Source of the DNA: an uncultured delta proteobacterium
GTDB taxonomy: Bacteria > Myxococcota_A > Polyangia > Fen-1088
DNA length: 64,000 bases
Reading direction: 5' to 3'
Assembly (NCBI GenBank): GCA_963767925.1
Contig: CAVYGB010000010.1
Location: 1,568,001 to 1,632,000 of the forward strand
Position numbers and translations under genes: made by a program. The notes below the pieces were generated by a model. That model was not told the DNA's origin and did no database searches. It saw nothing but the letters and a program-made list of their open reading frames with translations. Shown here piece after piece: positions 58,805 through 64,000 of this stretch. Within the stretch, counting starts at the first letter, position 1; each line of letters starts with the position of its first letter.

Positions 58805-58882
58805 TGGTGGTGCGGGCCTGCGCCGGGCCTGTTCAGCGCCCCGTGGCGGGCGCCGATGGGTGTGGGACGAAGGGTGGGCTTC

Positions 58883-61496
58883 ATGGGCGAAACATTGTCC
58901 GCTGGACCCTCGAGGGGTCCCGTGCTTCCCGCGAGGCTCTGCGCTGAGCCAGCTCGTTCGAGCACGGTGCCGGCGCTGCTCGCGCGGCTGGCGGGTCTGG
59001 TGCTGTGTGTGGCGGTCGCGGGTTGCAACACCCGTGACGTGGGCGGAGTCACCTACGATGGCGGTGGCGACGACGGTCCCGCGAACGACGGCCCCGCCCC
59101 CGACGCCTGGATCCTCCCCGACGTGCCGCCGGAGCCCGACGCCATCTCCACCGACGGCGTCCCCGACGCCTGCATCCCGCTGACCTGCACCCCCGTGGGC
59201 CGGCAGTTCTGCGGGCGCATCGGCGACGGCTGCGGCGGCGTGCTGGAGTGTGGCGACTGCGCGAACAGCCTGCGCTGCGGCGCCCATGGCACCGACAACG
59301 TCTGCCCGCCGGCGCCCGGCTCCTGCACCCCCCTCACCTGCGACGCCGCCGGCGGCGGGCGCTACTGCGGCTTCATCGGCGACGGCTGCGGTGGCACCCA
59401 GGACTGCGGCGGCTGCCCCACCGGGGAGACCTGCGCCGGCGCCGGTGTGGCCAACGTGTGCGCGGTGCCGCCGGCCAGCGGCTGCACGCGGCTGACCTGC
59501 AGCGGCGGCGTGAACGGACAGCTCTGCGGCCGGATCGGCGACGGCTGTGGCGGGGCGCTCGACTGCGATGCCCCCTGCCCGACCGGGGAGACCTGCGGCG
59601 GCGCCGGCGTGTCTGGCCTGTGTGGCGAGCCTCCCTCGTCCTGCACGAAGATCGGCTGCAACGCCGGCGGCGGGCGCTACTGCGGCCCCATCGGCGATGG
59701 CTGCGGCGGGCTGCTCGCGTGCGGCGACTGCTCGGGCAGCTTGACCTGCGGCGGCGGCGGGACGACGGGCCTGTGCGGCGCCCCGGTGGGCAACTGCACG
59801 GCCCTGACCTGCACCGTGACGAACGGCCGCTTCTGCGGCACCATCGGCGACGGCTGCAACGGCACCCTCGAGTGCGGCAACTGCCCCACCGGCCAGAGCT
59901 GCGGCGCTGCCGGTCGCGCTGGCGTCTGCGCCCCCACTGCCGGGACCTGCACGCCCATCACCTGCGACCACATGGGGGGCCGTTACTGCGGCACCATCGG
60001 CAACGGCTGCGGCGGCACGCTCGCGTGCGGCACCGCCTGCCCGAGCGGCCAGACCTGCGGCGGCGGGGGCAACGCCGGCGTCTGCGGCGACGGCACGGGC
60101 GGGCCCTGCGAGAACCTCGAGTGCATGCGGGTCACCTGCCCGAACAACGGCAAGACCACCATCAGCGGCACGGTCTACGCGCCCGAGGGGACGCTGCCGC
60201 TCTACAACGCCATCGTCTACATCAACAACAAGCCGGTGGACGCCTTCGACGAGGGCGCGAGCTGCGAGCGCTGCACCGACAAGCTGTCGGGGGATCCCAT
60301 CGCCACCGCCCTGACCGACACCAACGGGCGGTTCGTGCTGGAGAACGTGCCGGTCGGCAGCAACATCCCCCTGGTCATCCAGGTCGGCAAGTGGCGCCGC
60401 CAGCTCACCGTGCCCAGCACCACCGCCTGCATGAACACGCCGGTGGCGGCCAGCCTGACCCGGCTGCCCCGCACCAAGGCGGAGGGCAACATCCCCAAGA
60501 TCGCGCTCGACCACCGGGGGGGCCGACCCGCTCGAGTGCCTGCTGCGCAAGATCGGGATCGCCGACAGCGAGTTCACCACCTCGGCCGACACCGGCCGGG
60601 TACACCTCTATTCCGGCCTCGACGGGACCAGCACCTTCAGTGCCGGCGGCAGACCTGACCAACGCCACCAACCTGTGGAACACGGTCGGCGCCCTCGACA
60701 ACTACGACGTGGTGCTGCTGGCCTGCGAGAGCGGCGGGCAGCGGACCAGCAACAAGTCGGTGGCGGCCCGGCAGGCGCTTGTCGACTACACGGCGCTGGG
60801 TGGACGGGTCTTCATGTCCCACTGGCACAACGTGTGGCTGGAGCAAAGCCCCGTCGCCTCCTGGCGCACCACGGGTACCTGGAACATCGATGCCGCAGAC
60901 CTGGCAATTCCCATCACGGCGACCATCAACCAGACCTTCCCCAAGGGGCTGGCGCTGGCGCAGTGGCTGGTCAACGTCGAGCGGCTCGACCACTCAGGGC
61001 CAGATCTCGATCGTGGAGGCCCAGCACACCGTCGACACGAACAACCCGACGCTCACCCAGGGCTGGATCTCGGCGAACAACGTTCCGGAAATCGACGGCA
61101 CCACGGTGGTCCCGAAGACGTCGCAGTACTTCAGCTTCAACACCCCCATCGACGCGGCCGAGGCCAACCAGTGCGGACGGGTGGTCTACAGCGATATCCA
61201 CGTCTCCTCGGGCGACTTGGTCAACCGCGCCTTCCCGAGCGGCTGCAGAACTGAACGAACTCTCGCCCCAGGAGAAGGTCCTGGTCTACATGTTCTTCGA
61301 CATCGCGGCCTGCATCCGGCCTGACGACGAGCCCCCGATCGTGCTGCCGCCGCCGCCGCCCACGCCGCCGAGCGCGCCTCCGGTGACCCCACCGGCGCCG
61401 CCACCGCCGGCGCCGACGGTACCGCCGGCGCCGCCCCCCGCGCCGCCGCCTCCCGCCCCGGTGCCGCCGCCCAAGCCCCCCATCATCATCAACTGA
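58883..61496 (+). CDS. Cys-rich repeat lipoprotein with carboxypeptidase-regulatory-like domain (about 4 frameshifts)
   Basis: Lipobox VAGC; six 8-Cys IGDGCGG repeats; TTISGTVYAP..PLYNAIVY, QVGKWRR, GRVVYSDIHVS, PQEKVLVYMFFD; Pro-rich tail. Confidence 0.75.
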
Positions 61497-61529
61497 CGGG
61501 GAGCCGGGTACGGACGAGCCTCTCCCCGG

Positions 61530-63842
61530 TCAGTTGAAGTACGGGGAGAGGGCCTCGCCGATGCGGATGATGAGGTCCTGGACGATGAGCTGCTCGTCGC
61601 CCATGGCCTGCGCCTGGGCCGCGGTGAGCAGGTCGCGGGCCTCGATGAGCGCCCGGTAGCCGTCGAGGGTCTGCAGCCGCTTGAGGCCGACGACGCTGAC
61701 CCGGCGGGTGGTCGGCGAGCGGACGGTGGGGGTCAAGATGTTGGCCTTGAGCTCCGCGGCGACCGCCGCCGAGAGGGCGGGGTCGATCGGGAAGGGGGCC
61801 AGGAAGATGGCCGGCGGCGGGGCGGTCGCGGCGGCCCCGGCCACCGCGGGGGCCGGCGGGTCGGGGAACAGGCGAAGCACGAGGGAACGGGCCACCAGGT
61901 CGACCCGGCCGGGCTGCATCGACACCGGGACGGCGGCCCGGATGCGCTCGTTGGCGATCTGCCAGGCGGCCATCCGTTGCTCGGGGGTGGGGGCCCCGCG
62001 CACGAAGAACATCAGGCTGGCGGCCGCCCCCTCGACCCGGGCGCGGTCCCGGGCCAGGCCGGTGGTCAGGTAATCCTCCAGGGAGGCCGTGTAGGCGTGC
62101 AGGTGGAAGTCGTTGAGGGGATCGGCCCCGTAGTCCCGCTGGGTGCAGAGCGGATCGGCCGCGCCGCCGCCGTCGGTGCAGAAGGGCTCGGTGGGCAGCG
62201 CCTCCGACAGGTTGTACAGGTAGCGAATGGCGGCCACGTCGAAGAGACCGGGGCGCGGCGAGGCCGCCTTGCCCTCCACGCTCATGTAGTCCATGACCGA
62301 GCTCGAGGGGGGCATCAGCGAGCCCTTGAAGTTGTGGCGCAGGCCGAGGGTGTGGCCGACCTCGTGGGCCGCCGTCTGGGTGACGACCCGCTCGACCTTC
62401 TCCTTGTCCGACAGGGCGGCGATGACCATGCGCTCGCCGGGCGAGTCGGAGGCGGCGGCGTACAGCGGGGCCTCGTCCTCGCACAGCGGCTCGCTCGCCA
62501 TGGCCGCCCAGGCCAGGCGGGGCGGACGGCTCTCGGCCGCGGCCCCCTCGGGGGCGGCCTCGCCCTCGCCGAGCTGATCGCCCGGGAGCGCGTTCAGGGT
62601 CGGCGCGGGCGGCGCGCCGGCCGGCCGCGGACCGAAGATGGCGTGGGCCAGCTCGAACCACTCCGAGCCCATGTAGACGCTGGCCCCCCGGATCTCACCG
62701 GTGTTGGGGTTGGCCCGCCAGTTGGCGAAGGCGCCGGCGCTGGGCTTCTTCTCGTAGATGAAGAAGTTCTTGTCGTCCTCGCCGATGTGGTCGTCGGGGC
62801 CGGCCCGCTCGGCCACGAACACCGGAAAGCCGAACACGTCGTTCCAGCTCTCGATGCCGGCCTTGATGGCCCCGAAGATGTCGAAGCCCTGGTACTGCGG
62901 CGCTCCCGCCTCGAGGCGCTCGGTGCCGGTCACCAGCCAGCGGATGGGCGCCATGCCCCGCTTGATGTTCCACTTGGCCGAGACCTGCTCGATGCGGCCC
63001 TCGTTGGGCACCAGGCGCGGCTGGCTGGCAAAGTAATAACGCACCCGGGGCAGCGGGCGGGCCTGGAAGCCGTCTCCCTCGGCGTAGCGGCGGATGCCCA
63101 CGCTGAGCACGCCGGAGGCGCGGAACAGCGGCGACGGATCGATGAGGTCGGAGTTGGCCAGCGCCCGGTCGGCGTAGCCGGTGAACAGCTTCTCGAAGGT
63201 GACGCCGTCTTCGATGGCCCGGAAGCGCTGCACCACCGCCAGCTCGACAGTGAAGCGGCCGCCGTTGGCCAGCCGGGCCGAGTCGGTCTCGACGCTGAAG
63301 CGGTTGAGGCCGGCCGAGGGGTCGATGAGGACGTAGTCCGAGGCGCCGTCGAGCTTCTCGAAGGCCGGGTAGTCGCTGACGATCGGGAAGGCCTCGATCA
63401 GCAGCTCGGGATCGAACACGTCGCTCGACTGCTTGCGGCTGTCGACGTCGAGGACGTAGAGGCGGCCGTTGGCGATCCGGAAGGTCACCACCCGCACGCC
63501 CAGCGACACGGCGGCGGCGCCGTCGGCGGCCTGCCCGGGCAGGTGCTGCTTCATGTAGGCCGAGAGGAACCACTGCTTCGACAGCTCGGCCCGGCTGACC
63601 GCCAGGTAAAACGAGCGCCCGCCCGCCTCCATCATGCCGGCGGGGGCGTTGCGCAGAGCCTGGGCCATCTCCAGGCTGCCGCTGCCGCCGTCGCGATAGA
63701 CGGGCACGAAGGGTCGCTTGGCCCGCAGGTCGGAGAGGAGGGCCTGGTCGCCCTTGTCCCCGCAAGCCAGCCCAGCGAGGAGGAAGCCAGCGAGGCCGAG
63801 GGCCAGCAGCGGGCCGGCCGGGCGTGTACGCCTGTGTGTCAT
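61530..63842 (-). CDS. Zinc-dependent metalloprotease lipoprotein (metzincin, EcxA-like)
   Basis: Lipobox GLAC; NPNTGEI; HEVGHTLGLRHN; SVMDY Met-turn. Confidence 0.85.
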   Translation of the reverse strand: MTHRRTRPAGPLLALGLAGFLLAGLACGDKGDQALLSDLRAKRPFVPVYRDGGSGSLEMAQALRNAPAGMMEAGGRSFYLAVSRAELSKQWFLSAYMKQHLPGQAADGAAAVSLGVRVVTFRIANGRLYVLDVDSRKQSSDVFDPELLIEAFPIVSDYPAFEKLDGASDYVLIDPSAGLNRFSVETDSARLANGGRFTVELAVVQRFRAIEDGVTFEKLFTGYADRALANSDLIDPSPLFRASGVLSVGIRRYAEGDGFQARPLPRVRYYFASQPRLVPNEGRIEQVSAKWNIKRGMAPIRWLVTGTERLEAGAPQYQGFDIFGAIKAGIESWNDVFGFPVFVAERAGPDDHIGEDDKNFFIYEKKPSAGAFANWRANPNTGEIRGASVYMGSEWFELAHAIFGPRPAGAPPAPTLNALPGDQLGEGEAAPEGAAAESRPPRLAWAAMASEPLCEDEAPLYAAASDSPGERMVIAALSDKEKVERVVTQTAAHEVGHTLGLRHNFKGSLMPPSSSVMDYMSVEGKAASPRPGLFDVAAIRYLYNLSEALPTEPFCTDGGGAADPLCTQRDYGADPLNDFHLHAYTASLEDYLTTGLARDRARVEGAAASLMFFVRGAPTPEQRMAAWQIANERIRAAVPVSMQPGRVDLVARSLVLRLFPDPPAPAVAGAAATAPPPAIFLAPFPIDPALSAAVAAELKANILTPTVRSPTTRRVSVVGLKRLQTLDGYRALIEARDLLTAAQAQAMGDEQLIVQDLIIRIGEALSPYFN

Positions 63843-64000
63843 CGGGTACTCCAGAGCGCTATGTTGCACCCGGCTTGCTTATCGCGGGGGCCCCGGGCAT
63901 ACAAGGGTTGCCCCTGGGCTCACCCCGTCACGTTTTGCGACCGGACAACACAGCGCTCGCCAGTCGGCTTCGGACGCGCGGTTGTACAACACCTCCGGCG

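Overview
Very GC-rich bacterial chromosomal segment, most likely from a myxobacterium (Myxococcota). The assignment rests on a MYXO-CTERM-like protein, Cys-rich lipoproteins, several lgt/lspA paralogs and Myxococcus-type LexA boxes. Content is mainly housekeeping: a topo IV-like parC/parE pair, ileS-lspA-lspA-lgt-lgt, truA, plsC, pssA, recN, nadK, rpsU-prmA-rsmE, ffh, dnaK, lon, cinA-recA and xseB-ispA. There are also signalling genes (FHA proteins, PP2C, histidine kinase, FHA-GGDEF) and a block of secreted/lipoprotein genes at 53-64 kb. Several conserved genes carry single-base frameshifts that are best read as sequencing or assembly errors. No rRNA, tRNA, CRISPR array, prophage or transposase was recognised. 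The most striking non-coding signal is five copies of ~165-bp CTAG-flanked palindromic elements in two families. Their arms are unrelated, but they share a covarying 50-nt core, and they sit on TAG stop codons and stack in tandem. Other leads are an expanded, diversified lipoprotein-processing cluster beside a Cys-C-terminal-sorted protein, two LexA-like boxes, a Thr/Pro repeat protein, and unusual motifs or insertions in IleRS, Ffh and RecA. All product calls come from motif recognition by eye; no database search was run.
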